NCBI GenBank assembly: GCA_973895155.1
Contig: OZ316895.1
Location: 7,552,184-7,616,183 of the forward strand
Direction: 5' to 3'
DNA from: Marsupella aquatica
Lineage: Eukaryota > Plantae > Marchantiophyta
DNA: 64,000 nucleotides
Shown in pieces: positions 1-11,719 of the stretch; the stretch's first letter is position 1; every line of letters begins with the position of its first letter. The position numbers were made by a program, and so were the translations under genes. Under the pieces are notes generated by a model. The model had not been told where the DNA came from and did not search any database. It saw nothing but the letters and a program-made list of their open reading frames with translations.

Positions 1-1544
1 TATTGCTCAAGGATTGGACACACTGGGAATACTTTAAAATAACTGAGTCATGACCTAACTTTTCTAACTTTATTGTTGAGTCAAACAAAGATGGTTTCTT
101 CCAAGACTCCATTATGCTCTCTTCCCTATTCTCTCCCTACAGTTTCTTCTGATAAAGAGCTTCCAATCTACAAATGAAAATCTCAGGTAGGGCCTAGAGT
201 AATATACTGGCTCCCAGAGTCTTCAGGACTTTAAGTCAAGAATCCAGGATACAGAGGAAAATGATGCCAAAAAGCAAGGTTGTATATTACTTTGAAGTCT
301 CCTTAGCTTGGATGTCCTTGGACAACCTTGAGCATTCAAATCTAACCAGGATCTAACCATGTCACAATTCCGGGCACAATTCTGAGTGGTGAAATAATGA
401 ACCCCGCCAACAAATGGGAACAGGCAAGTATAAATTATTTTCATGAGATGCAAGGGATGGATGACAACAAATAGCTGGGGGAGGTCACTTTCTTCTCACC
501 TAACTTGAATCTGGCAGGGTCACAACACCTAACTGTGGGAACCATAAGAAACTGGAGTTCATCCTCGTATCAACTCAATGGATGACAACATATAATAGCA
601 GGAGGCCACCTTTTTATCACCTAAACAAGCCCAAAACGGTGCGTTGCACAATTGTCATTGCAAACATGTTATCATTGTGTGGCAATGCCCATGCGCCGCA
701 CATAAATGCAAAGGTGAGGCAAAGAAGCGTGGCCGACGCAAGGAACTGTTGTTGTTCACTCCTTGTCATTCTTTCAGGTGGGTGGTTGTTGCTGTAAAAG
801 TGTTGTCATTTTTAGTTGATGTTGTCATTGCAAGTGATGGAGGGCAAGGGGCACATGAGATTGTGGGGGAGCCCAAAATGGGTGGGCATCCTGGGATCTA
901 GGCATGGTGGTGTGACACTGCATGGATTCTCTTGCCGCCACCCCCCCTCCCATTTTCCCTTGTTCTCCACCTCCCTCATGCCCTCATTTCTCTCCTTCCT
1001 CTCTCATTCTCTCCCTCCCTTGCTCCGTGCCATGCTTTTCTCCCTCCCTTGCTCAGGGCCATGCTTTTCTTCCCTTCCATACTGTTAGAGAAAGAGAAGA
1101 CAAAATAGGAAGAAGAAAGCAAATTAACACAAAAGAAATTTAAAGAGGTATTCTATGTTGCGAGAAAACAGGAGATTTTGATAGCGAGTAAATGTTATTA
1201 GCGAGACACTAATGGTTTCAAATTTCATTTGCTTTTTGGTGCCATTTCTATTTTTTGTGTTTTTTAAAGACTCCATATGGCTAGCGAGCTCGCTAGCAAA
1301 AAGGGGAGTCCCCAAGAGGGATGTTACCAACCAGGTAGTTGATAGCGAGGCAGTTGGATGTGGAAAAACAGGGGTCGTGCAAGATATTTTTTTGCTCGTG
1401 TGAGTAAAATTTTTACTGGTTGCTTGCACGTTACTATAACCCAAATTTAAAGCTCCCCACCAAAATTTTACTGTTTGCTCGCACATTACTATAACCCAAA
1501 TTTAAAGCTCCCCACCTCGACAGCAAAAAGCCTCTCATCCAGAG

Positions 1545-1699
1545 GTACTTTCCCCTCTCATCCGAATGTTCTTTCCATTTGTACTCGCTCCATGCAAGGA
1601 AAAGCAGCCAATCATCCAAATGTACTTCCTTGTGTACTGGCTCCAATGTACTTAGCAGCCTCCCATACCAATGTACTTCGCTTTGTACTAGCTTGTACT
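1545..1699 (+). promoter_or_regulatory. Cluster of 8 GTACT motifs (candidate copper-response elements, SPL7/CRR1-type SBP binding cores) upstream of FeSOD
   Basis: GTACT at 1545, 1581, 1622, 1634, 1648, 1673, 1685, 1695 (7 of 8 are TGTACT, all in the same orientation) within 155 bp, about 360-510 bp upstream of the ATG at 2055. GTAC cores mediate Cu regulation of plant FeSOD genes (Arabidopsis FSD1 via SPL7; GTACT in a moss FeSOD promoter). Confidence 0.7.
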
Positions 1700-2054
1700 T
1701 CTTATAGTGGTTATAATATAGCAGCAGATATACCTTGCACACTATCAGTCAATGCAAGAGTCTTGTTCCCTCCACTTTCAAGTTTGTCACAAGACATTGG
1801 AGCAATTTTGTTAATCCCTTATTATGGATCTCTGAAAGAGTTGCAATGAATGAGTCCCAGAAACCATCTACCTGAATTTACTATCCACGCAAGATGACAC
1901 GTTGATTCCTCAGCATTGGTGTATCTGAGAGGGGCTCGCCACAATTCGAGCACGGGCGAAAGGCAGAGCTCATCACCTGAGTGGAAGATATACATTGCCG
2001 GTGTGTGTGTGTGTGTGTTATTGAAGGCGGGATTGGAAAGTTGGAGAAGCAAGC

Positions 2055-2138
2055 ATGGCTGCAATCGGAGCAAAATGTCTTCTGCCCATTCCATCTCTCC
2101 AGCTCTCGAAGTCCCGAGCTGTGCGTGCAGCACCGCAG
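2055..2138 (+). CDS. Candidate alternative first exon (1a) of FeSOD, plastid transit peptide-like MAAIGAKCLLPIPSLQLSKSRAVRAAPQ
   Basis: ATG GCT start; Ser/Ala/Arg-rich with no acidic residues; ends CAG|GCAAGT (consensus GC-AG donor) in phase 0, matching the phase-0 acceptor at 3344. Confidence 0.6.
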
Positions 2139-2845
2139 GCAAGTAACCATCGGTAGTCGGGTTCCTGGTTTATAGAGGTTTTGGAACTTCTGGTGAATTT
2201 GTGTGCATGGTCGGAAATTGATTTTTCTGTGTCTGACTGCATTGTAGTATTGATTTCTGCTATATCCTGCATGAGTAGTGCCAGCTTCACTTGCTGGTCG
2301 ACATGTTTTGAATGGCAGCAGATGGATAAAGCTCGCAATGCAGTGTGAAGAATCCATTTGAGTCTGTGGGAATTCGCCAAATTTCTTGCTCATTCTAGCT
2401 GTACTGCATTTCTTCTTGGCCCTGAGAGTCTCGAGTTGAGTTTAAGGAAAGCTTGCGAGGTTTCGTTCGTTCCACAATGTAGTCAGAATGCACAGCAGCT
2501 TGAAAAATCAAGGGCCACACTGAAATCTAACTAGGATCCGTAATCTTCAAAGCGTGTTGTGCTGCTGTTCTTGTGTAAACCCAACTTTGCCTAAAAGCCT
2601 GACCCAACTGTGCAAATCTGATCTGGTACAAATGAGAAAGCAAAATAGAACAAGCTGGGTGTATGTAAAGTCCCCTCAGCCGTACGAGAGGAAAATGGTT
2701 TCCTGGTATGGGGTTTAGCGTACCGTAGTAGCAAAAGAATCTGGCCAACGACGAGGCTTTGCTTTCGGCCAAGAAGAGCAGAGCAAAGCAGAGCAGAGGT
2801 TGCGACTCTGTTGTCACATCGTTGCAGCTGTTGTTGTTCTTGGAG

Positions 2846-5373
2846 ATGGCCGCGGTTTCAGCTACAATCGTCGGTGCTGTTCTCAAATCCGGTGCTACGC
2901 GGCAGACGGCTGCAAGCCAGTTATGGATCTCGATCGGAGTCCACAACGAGCGCTCTTTGAGAGATTCGAAGACTGTCCAGTGCCGTTCCCAATTTTTTTC
3001 CCATTCAGCTGGGTTTCCGGTGTTCGTTTCTACGGTAGTAGAAGAGGTCAACCAAGAGAAGCCTTTCTGTGGTCTGCGTGACAATAATGCTTGGAGTAGA
3101 ATGTATGGCATTGTCATCTGTCCGACATGAAGATATCTCTGTGTCCTTGATATCGAAACTGTGACACGCCTAGGAACCTCAGGTCCTGTCTACTTCTCCC
3201 TAGATTGTGGTGGTCTACAATTTCGTTCGTTCCACAATGCAGTCGTTATGCACAACAGCTTCGGATTTCCAAACATTCCGACACCGTGTTTGTGCTCTGA
3301 GATGAAGAGAACTGATCTCCTTTGTGGTTTGTGTTTCTTACAGAGAGTAAGACTTCCACGAGCTGCTCCGGTTTGTGAGATGTTCATCTTACCAGATCTT
3401 CCATACCCACTTGTAAACTTTCTACCAATGCCCTCATGTATTTGGTAACATTCCTTAATATATCTGGTTCCTGTTCTACACGGGCAGTTCACAGTCGAGT
3501 CTATCGCACATCGCAATTGAACTTGTTAACACCTAGTCGTGTAAACAATTGTGCTGGTTCAGCTCTTCACTAAAGAATTTTACTTCAATATGTGGTTGGA
3601 GGTTAGTGTTGAGCAAGTGGTTTGACTGGGCAGGATGGACTGGAGCCACATATTAGCAGGCAGACATTGGAATTTCATTGGGGCAAACATCACCGAGCGT
3701 ATGTCGACAACTTGAATAAGCAGGTTGAGAACACCGACTTACAGAGGAATACCTTGGATGAGATCGTAAAAATCAGTTACAACAATGGAAATCCGTCGCC
3801 TGCTTTTAACAACGCTGGACAGGTATCTCTTCTCCACAACTCTAGAAAGATACAGAAAATAGTGAGCTTATTTCCCAGGTGGAGTGTCCCAATTTGTTCT
3901 GAATAGTCTTAGAAGAGAACTCATGTCATGAGCAAGGCAACTTGCGTTTCCTTCTCTGGTTTCATGGTTCATGGCTTTTGGGATGAAGCTATGGTTTTAA
4001 TTTTAATCATAGGTTTTCATAACAACTATATTGTTGTAGAATGTTTCGATGCAACCTTTCAAGCAAATGCTGACACTCTCTAAGAAAGTGCATCACTGAA
4101 AAGGGGAAATGTATCTTGGCCTACAGGCATCTCTAAGAAAGTGGCATCACTGAAAAGGTTAAATGTATCTTGGCCTACAGGCGTGGAATCATGATTTCTA
4201 TTGGTCATCAATGAAACCAGGAGGTGGTGGAAAGCCTGAAGGAGAATTGATGACACTTATTGAAAGAGACTTTGGAAGCTACGAGACTTTCTTGGCAGAA
4301 TTCAAGCAGGCTGCGACCAGTCAGTTTGGGTCTGGGTGGGCTTGGCTTGTAGGTATGTTCAACCGGCAAGGACTTAGTTCCAGTTCAAATCCTCCAACAC
4401 TAGACTCTGGCATTTCCTGGAGTAGTCTGTTGTAATTACAGCGGAGTAGACTCAATGTGTGCTATGCAATAACTTTGTATTCGAAAAAAATGGATAACTT
4501 TGTTTAGGTCTATTGGGAGGTTTTGAGTTTTGTATCATATATATAAGACCACCGGTAGCAACGGAAATGTCATTCTTTAGCTTCGGCTCAATTTTGGGTG
4601 CGGTAATAAACAACTGCATCAGAGCAGTTACGATTCCCCCGGAGTCAGTGAAAGTGGAACCTTTTAAAGTCATGTTGGCGTTTCCTGTCTGGCAGCGAAC
4701 AAAGCAAAGCTCGAGATTGTGAAAACTCCAAATGCCATCAACCCGCTTATATGGGGCCAAGTTGTAAGATAGCAGCCTGATTCTTGTTTATTTTCGTAGA
4801 AGTTAGTTCGTTACGCATTCATCGATTTTGCATTCATTTCAGAGAGAAATGCTAGACTCTGTTGTTGACGATTCACAACTGAAGATCTCGGACGGTGATT
4901 ATTCCTTGCAGCCTTTGCTGGTGATTGACGTCTGGGAGGTAAGATTTCCTGACCACCAGGCGATGTGGAATGTAGTGTTAGTCTGCTTCTTTAATTGATT
5001 TGTTTCATTTTATTTTCTTTCGTTGATTCTACTTCTGCGTTCGAGGTTGGCTAATGGTGGTAATGAATCCTCCGCCTTGTGCAGCATGCGTATTACCTTG
5101 ACTTTCAGGTAACATCAAAACCCTTCTAACTAGTCCCAATTCTTTGTATCAACTTTCCGCCGTTTGAATTATTTTTATTAAAAACTAAGACATACCAGTT
5201 CATGAGATGAAAATCTGATTTATAAATGTGTATTGTGGTGTTTGCAGAATCGCCGCCCAGATTATGTGACCACGTTTATAAACAACCTCGTTAACTGGGA
5301 TGCAGCTGAGGAACGCCTTGCCCGTGCCAAAGCGTTTATGAATTTCGGAGAACCCAACATTCCAGAATTGTAG
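2846..5373 (+). CDS. FSD3: Chloroplast iron superoxide dismutase, FSD3-like; exons 2846-3034 (1b), 3344-3412, 3634-3822, 4181-4352, 4696-4763, 4912-4938, 5085-5108, 5248-5373
   Basis: Spliced translation gives [36 protein letters not shown]...[14 protein letters not shown]...[10 protein letters not shown]...TPNAINPL...[19 protein letters not shown] (Fe/Mn-SOD ligands, Fe-type motifs). C-terminus [17 protein letters not shown] resembles Arabidopsis FSD3. All GT-AG junction phases are consistent; the exon 1b donor (ACG|GTAGTA) is least certain. Confidence 0.92.
4077..4183 (+). repeat. ~54-bp tandem duplication spanning the FeSOD exon-4 splice acceptor
   Basis: ctctaagaaagtg(g)catcactgaaaagg..aaatgtatcttggcctacagGC occurs twice; acceptor AGs end at 4126 and 4180. 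Confidence 0.9.
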
Positions 5374-5977
5374 CCAGTATCCTCAATTTTGATACGAGTA
5401 GGAGAAAGCGGTTGCCTGTTGATAGACAACCACTTTACCTGCAAAACAAGATGAGTGTAGGATGAGGCAATTTCATAGAATCTGAACAGACTGGCCTCAG
5501 CTTCATAGGATGTCAGTTTAATCTGTTCTTAGCCTTCAAAGCTATTCCGGTTAGGAACTATTCAGCATGATGTCAGGCTTTAGGTTGGGCAATAAATGCT
5601 TAATGAGACAACGATGGTTTGTGTCCCTAGTTAATGGAGTGAAGAAAATTGTGTCCCTTAGGACTCTGCATGTTTCATGGAAAAATTGTCCGAAATCTTG
5701 ACAACAAAGAATGGAAGACACCAATTTATTATCCAGCCTTGACAATTTGTATGTCTCATGGGTCCTGCATCCGTGTTTTAAATCCTCTTTAGTTATTAAT
5801 CCTCTGGGGCGTGTGGCGAATGCAACAGCACTTCGAGACTACTCAGTACATGCGTGGATCGGGATGGTCGTAGCTTCTGAGCATGGTAACCTGCGTAAGC
5901 TGAAGAGTCATTTTTGGCTTGTAGAACCATCCATCTGCATTTTTTTAGTGTCTCCGCATATGCAAGTTGTCTTAATG

Positions 5978-8338
5978 TCATATGGATGTCACAGGTTTTA
6001 CTTCCCAATATCTAGCGACCGTTACAAGGTGTTGAATCTCATTTCCCAGAGAAAGGATATGCTGCCCAAAATCTAGCGACTTGCGACCATCCGCCTTCAC
6101 TAAACTAAGCTCCTTGCATGCAAGTATATCAAAAGTCAGTTCAAGGGTCATTTGAGCTTCAAGGTGCACACGCTGATAACCTATTAGGTTTTTCTTTGCC
6201 ACGCCGTTCCTGCCACTCCCTGGGGGTACAGCATACAATATCACCACAGTGCTTCCACTCCTGCTCCCCTCGTTCCTGACCATAATTTCTACACGAAAGC
6301 TCAAATTGCCACAAACACTCGCATCATCTTCAAGACTGGAAAGTTTCTCCCGCTGGGTACTACCTTGCTTTGTAGACCGAATCAAGACCAAAGAAGAAGC
6401 AGACTTAAAGCTGAATTTGAAAGAAGTATATGACAACCCATGCCCAAAGGCAAATACAGGCTCTCCTGTATAGAAGCGGTAGCTACGGCCAGGATACCCA
6501 GCTGAGATATTGGGGCGCATATTCATGTTTGTCATTGGCACTGTTGTAAAAGACTCTGGATACCATGTCATTGGAAGCTTCCCTCCTGGGTTATAGTCTC
6601 CAAAAATGATCTGTGCTAGAGCCTGACCACCGGCTTGTCCAGGGTATCCAGCCCAGATGATGCTTGATATGAAGGGGTCCTCTTTCGCAAATGCTACATC
6701 TACAGGACCACCTGAAACAATGACAAGCACAACCGGACCTTTGGCAACTTTGGCCACTTCAGATATGAGCTTTTCTTGATTGCCTGGTAGTAGTAGACTG
6801 GTTCGGTCCACACCTTCTTCCTCTATCGAGAGACTCAACCCCACCACAATGACAACTGCATCAGCTTCAGCTGCTGCAAATGCTGCGTCACTGAAATTTT
6901 CATCCTTGCAAAATATATCACTGCATCCTGGCCGGTAGTGGATATTGCGAACGTAATGGGATAAACCTTGCAGCGGGGTGATATATATACAAGGAATTCC
7001 TGCATAGTTGCCAAGTAATCTATTCTCTAGGTCAGTTGCACTTGGACCCAGTACAGCCAAGGAATGGATATTCTCCAAGGACAGCGGCAGTGCACTTTTA
7101 TCATTCTTAAGAAGCACAATGCTTTGAAGTGCAGCTTCTAATGCAAGGGTTTGATGCGCTTCGGTACAGACATCATTGACACTAAGATGGCCGTATCTCT
7201 GGCTTTGAGGATCACCGTCAAAAAGACCAAGCCGCATTTGCACCGCAAACATATTGCGCAGTGCAACATTCAGATCTGACTCTTTCAGCTTGCCCTGGCT
7301 CATAGCCAGTTCTGCATGATCTCTGAAGGTTATGCCACAATTGAGATCTAACCCTGCTAGCAAAGAGTCGGCCACAGCATCCTCCAACGTTTTGGAATAG
7401 GCTGGCTCATTGGTCATATCATACACCGCATCACAGTCTGAAACTATGTAACCTTCCAAACCCCAGTTCTCTCGGGCAGTTTCTGTGAGGAAACTGTAGC
7501 TGCCACACATGGGTACACCGTTCACCCTGTTGTAAGAGCACATGAGACCACTGGCTTTGCCCTCTTGAATACAGCTCTTGAAGGGCGGATTAAATGTGTC
7601 CTCCATGTCTTGCTGTGTTACAACAGCATTGAAGTGATCACGGTCATCATTACCCCATTTCTCAAGGTCATAAGCCGAGAAATGCTTGCAACAAGCTGAT
7701 GTTTTTAGCATAAAGCCAGGAAACGAACTGCTCGTTCCCCTCATGATATCGTCATCTCTCTCTTGCATTCCTCTTACAAATGCAGCTGCGTAGTTGCTTG
7801 ATAGAACCGGGTCCTCCCCAGGAGTTTCCTGACCTCGTCCCCATCTTGGATCTCGAAAGATGTTCACATTGGGCGACCAGAAAGTTAGCCCAGTTTGACC
7901 CTCATTGTACATTGCACGAGCTTCCGTTGATACCACCTGGCCAATTTGATGGAACAACGTGTTGTTGAAGGACGAAGCGGTCAAGATGGTCTGGGGGAAG
8001 CTCGTTGCAGATTTGATGGGACCAGTGAATGTCACTCCGGGGGACACCGCCACTCCATGTAGAGCCTCCTGCCACCACTGGTAGCTAGGGATGCCGAGCC
8101 TCGGAATACTGGGTGCGGTGTTGCTGAGCTGTTGAATCTTCTCTTGTAAATCCAATCGGGAAAGTAAGTCGTCCACTCGCTCCACCACAGTCTTTGTGGT
8201 GTCACAGAAAGGGAAGGAGAGCGATTGGCAAGCATACTCAGCCTTGCCATCCCCGGAGGTAACGTACAGAGCAACCAGTGCTAGGACGAGAAACCGACAA
8301 GCCTGCCCAGTGCAACTTGAGCATCGAATCATACCCAT
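5978..8338 (-). CDS. BXL: GH3 beta-D-xylosidase/alpha-L-arabinofuranosidase (BXL family), intronless, ~786 aa
   Basis: Motifs YQWWQEALHGV, WSPNVNIFRDPRWGRGQETPGEDP, ACCKH, MCSYNRVNGVP, GYIVSDCDAV (nucleophile Asp), GYPGQAGG, YPGRSYRFY and a C-terminal Fn3-like domain. First ATG is at 8338 (the ORF track starts at a TTG), followed by a hydrophobic signal peptide. Confidence 0.95.
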   Translation of the reverse strand: MGMIRCSSCTGQACRFLVLALVALYVTSGDGKAEYACQSLSFPFCDTTKTVVERVDDLLSRLDLQEKIQQLSNTAPSIPRLGIPSYQWWQEALHGVAVSPGVTFTGPIKSATSFPQTILTASSFNNTLFHQIGQVVSTEARAMYNEGQTGLTFWSPNVNIFRDPRWGRGQETPGEDPVLSSNYAAAFVRGMQERDDDIMRGTSSSFPGFMLKTSACCKHFSAYDLEKWGNDDRDHFNAVVTQQDMEDTFNPPFKSCIQEGKASGLMCSYNRVNGVPMCGSYSFLTETARENWGLEGYIVSDCDAVYDMTNEPAYSKTLEDAVADSLLAGLDLNCGITFRDHAELAMSQGKLKESDLNVALRNMFAVQMRLGLFDGDPQSQRYGHLSVNDVCTEAHQTLALEAALQSIVLLKNDKSALPLSLENIHSLAVLGPSATDLENRLLGNYAGIPCIYITPLQGLSHYVRNIHYRPGCSDIFCKDENFSDAAFAAAEADAVVIVVGLSLSIEEEGVDRTSLLLPGNQEKLISEVAKVAKGPVVLVIVSGGPVDVAFAKEDPFISSIIWAGYPGQAGGQALAQIIFGDYNPGGKLPMTWYPESFTTVPMTNMNMRPNISAGYPGRSYRFYTGEPVFAFGHGLSYTSFKFSFKSASSLVLIRSTKQGSTQREKLSSLEDDASVCGNLSFRVEIMVRNEGSRSGSTVVILYAVPPGSGRNGVAKKNLIGYQRVHLEAQMTLELTFDILACKELSLVKADGRKSLDFGQHILSLGNEIQHLVTVARYWEVKPVTSI

Positions 8339-9094
8339 CCCGCACAACTTCTCTTCTAGGAGCTGTTGATCTCCATAGCAATTCACGACATTCTGTGGCA
8401 GCTGTTTCTCCTGTGCAAGTGTTGTCTTCTTCTCGGGCTTTCTTGGAAAAAGAATGTCAGTAATCAACCGATCGTAAGTCGAACAGAGCAAATGCTAATA
8501 ACAGTCTAGCAGCCTCGAATTCAGCTGTCAATTTCCCAGGAAACAAGCACGATACTGCAAGATTATTCAGTATGCAGGCAATGCGGATTACCGTAGTGAC
8601 AAGTCTCCTGTCTATAGCAGCGCAAAGGCAGCAGTTGAGCACGATCGTCCTGGGGCAGACGCATTCTGCAGCAGGGGCTTGGGCAGAGCCTCGATAGGCC
8701 TCGTCATTTGGCCGCCTGTGGAAATTTCGAACCATATATTGTCAAGCGATACATACACAAGCGGACGCCATTCAATCAAATCCTCTTCATCCTGACGTAA
8801 TTCAGCCCGTTCTTGTCGATTGGACAAGACAAGCTTCCTGCGAGCCAGCCAGACAGCCTTTTGTGCTGCCTTTCACCTCGATCAAAGGTGAGTTGAGACA
8901 CTGGAATGATCGGTTGATCGATTGAGTAACTCCTCATTGTGCGTTGTGTAAATTGCAATGCTCGCGACCCACACAACAGAATTGCTCACCGTGAAATCTG
9001 GCAGCTTCAGGACGAGGATCGAGAGTCGAGTGCCTTCATAATTGTCATGGCGAACCCTTCAGTTGGGCACCCCCTTGGTCACACTCTTTCTGTA

Positions 9095-9628
9095 CAGTTA
9101 ACTATCTCTAAGTGCACGCTCTCGGGAAGACGGCATGCACTAAACCAGGTGTTGCAATTCCTTGATAAGCGACCCCCCCTAAAAAGTGCACTTACCACTA
9201 AGTGCGCTTGATTTAGATTCCCTTGCTAAATTTTTAGAGCCCCTCCGCTAGTGAGTAGTCACCCTTGTACTTTGCATCCCTGGAGTAAATTCTGTGCCCA
9301 CCCTCCTTAAGTGCATTATATACTCTCCTAAGAATGAGCATGCATTTATCTGTAAATGCAATTTCATGATTTTGTGCATTTACCAATAAGAGCATAGAGG
9401 TAATTATCGAGGACCTATAAAGTTGTCGTTTAGTGAAATGACTTTAGCCCTGTGTGCACTTAGAACAAGCGCTTATCTCATGTAGAAACATTTGAAGAAC
9501 AAGATGACCAACATAAATCGAGGGTAAGTGCTTATGGAGTGCACTTATCCCAAAATTTGAAGAACAGGATGACCTACATAAATTGAGGGTAAGAGCTTAT
9601 GGAGTGTGCCCTTAGAGAGAGCCTACTG
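9095..9628. mobile_element. Tc1/mariner-type MITE (CAGT...ACTG termini, TA target duplication)
   Basis: Left end ta|cagttaactatctctaagtgcacgctc matches the reverse complement of the right end ta|cagtaggctctctctaagggcacactc; internal agtgcactta repeats. Confidence 0.75.
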
Positions 9629-10389
9629 TAGTGTTGCCCTATTTGCCTTTTCCATTCCATTCAATTGATACGAGAAAACTCTCACACAATTCACATGGTA
9701 ATTAGTGTCACTCACACTAATTTTATTCTATTTATTTGATTATTATTTTTGAATTCCATTCACAAAGACAGCATACAAGAGGGCGGCCCAAAGGGCAACA
9801 CTGGGGGGCCAAGGTCAGAGCCAAACAAGACTACTGCACCACTGTCCCCAAAGCAAAACCTGGTGGATCCAGGTTACTAAAATGAGTGAATAATGTTCTC
9901 AAAAGAGTAATAAAGTGCACTTTTTGTCCTCCCAAACCTGGTGGACCTAGGTGGTGAAGACTAGCCAATGCTTAGGTACCTGACATGTACCATCCAGTGC
10001 GTTTGTAATAGACATATCTGCAGTGAGGTATCTAATCCTGTGAGACAAACTTAATTCATGGCAGACCAGATTACTCACACTAATTTGAGAGCAGAGAATT
10101 CCAGGCTCTACTCATAAATTAGTGTTACTTTGGACTCAAGAGTATACACCTAGTGGAGAAAAAAAACTATTTTGAAAAATAGACATGGCTTAATGTTGAT
10201 TTGGACTAAGCTCACCCGGTTTTTACTAATTTAAAAAAGGAAAAAACTTAATGGAAAACCAGCAAGAGCCATTGTTACTTTGGACTCACAATCACATTCA
10301 CCAATTTCAGTAACACTAATTTTGTAATAATATTCGTTCTTGCATAGCTTTAATTGAGGTGAACAATGTAGATGTTGCCCTTGTGTGCC

Positions 10390-10985
10390 TTGATGATTAG
10401 AGAGTGGCCTTCAAATAAGTGTGCCTTTCCCTTTTAGATTTGGACCTAACCCTCAATTTGTTGGAGTGCCCCCATGTAGGGGACAGTGGAGTGAACTTCA
10501 AATTTGTCTTGGTGTCAAGTATTTAGTGCGCAAAAAGTTAATTTCTATTCAGGTAAAAGAGAATGACCTCCAAGTTGGTCTTCCCAATTTATTTTTTAGC
10601 ATCAAGTCGAATGTGTACAAAGCCCAATTTCCAATTGGATGATAAGAGAGTGACTTCCTATAGGTTACCCCTTTCGATTTAGGTGATTAGAGAGTGACCA
10701 CCACTTTTCTGAGTGTCAAGGCTTTTGTATACAAAGAGAGTTCCAAAACGCCACTCCAATTTTCACTCCCCCCACCATTTTTTGGGGTCTCACCTCAACA
10801 TTTTCTGCAAGAGATACACGTAGACATTAGGGTAGAAGGTTTTTGTATACGAAGAGAGTGACCTCCAATTTTCTATGTGACACCTTTTGAGTGCAAAACG
10901 CCACTCCAATTTTCACACTCCCCGCCATTGTTTTGGGTCTCACCTCAGCATTTTCCGCAAGAGATACACCTAGACATTAGGGTAA
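10390..10985. repeat. Degenerate direct repeats (gatgattagagagtg(a/g)cct units; ~120-bp duplication near 10722-10845 and 10836-10985), likely TE remnant
   Basis: caaaacgccactccaattttca...gggtctcacctca...caagagatacac.tagacattagggta is present twice. Confidence 0.6.
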
Positions 10986-11719
10986 TAGAGCACTATAACG
11001 TGATGCCAAATTTCGACTAGGTTCACAACATCACAAGTACGTAGACCATATTTTAGAATTTGGCAGCAAAACATGTCCACAAGCGAGTGGGTCACCAGTT
11101 TTGATAGGATGACAATATCCCAAGTTCCTAACCGACAAATTATGAGTCAAAGCTTGAAATTGGTCCACAACTCAACGTGCCAAATCTTAACAAGTTCAAA
11201 ACATCCCAACTACCTGGCCTATATTGTGCAGGGCTCAAAGGTCACAAATCTTGTCCACAAGCCAGTGCTAGATTTTGACAGGCTCACAACATCCCACTTA
11301 CCTATCCTATATTTAGGAGTCGAAGAACACAAAATTTGTCAAGAGTCAAGATGCCTGTCAAAGCCGAATTTGAATTCAAGTCCTGAGTCACAGTTGCTGT
11401 GATTGATTATCATTCGCATGTACACAACGAGGAAGTTCAGACTTGAAAGAGTTGCACAATATTACATTATTATTATTTGAAAGACATCTTCGCTCGCTCA
11501 GTCTTAGGAAATTTCACGTACCGCTGTAGAGCCCATAAAAATATAAGGCAGCCGTCGCAACGCTGCTTGATTAACCGATTCATCTATCATAAACAAAGAG
11601 AGGCTCCTCTCAGTCAATGAACAAAAAGGATGTTATTTAGGTTGACAAAAGAACCACCGTGCTCTCCACTTAAGCCACTGCTTTTCATATCCACCGAGGA
11701 ATACCCCCATCTTCCACAC

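Noticed and set aside
2527-3117. 196-aa minus-strand ORF over the FeSOD 5' region
   Set aside because: No recognisable motif; antisense shadow of exon 1b and promoter.
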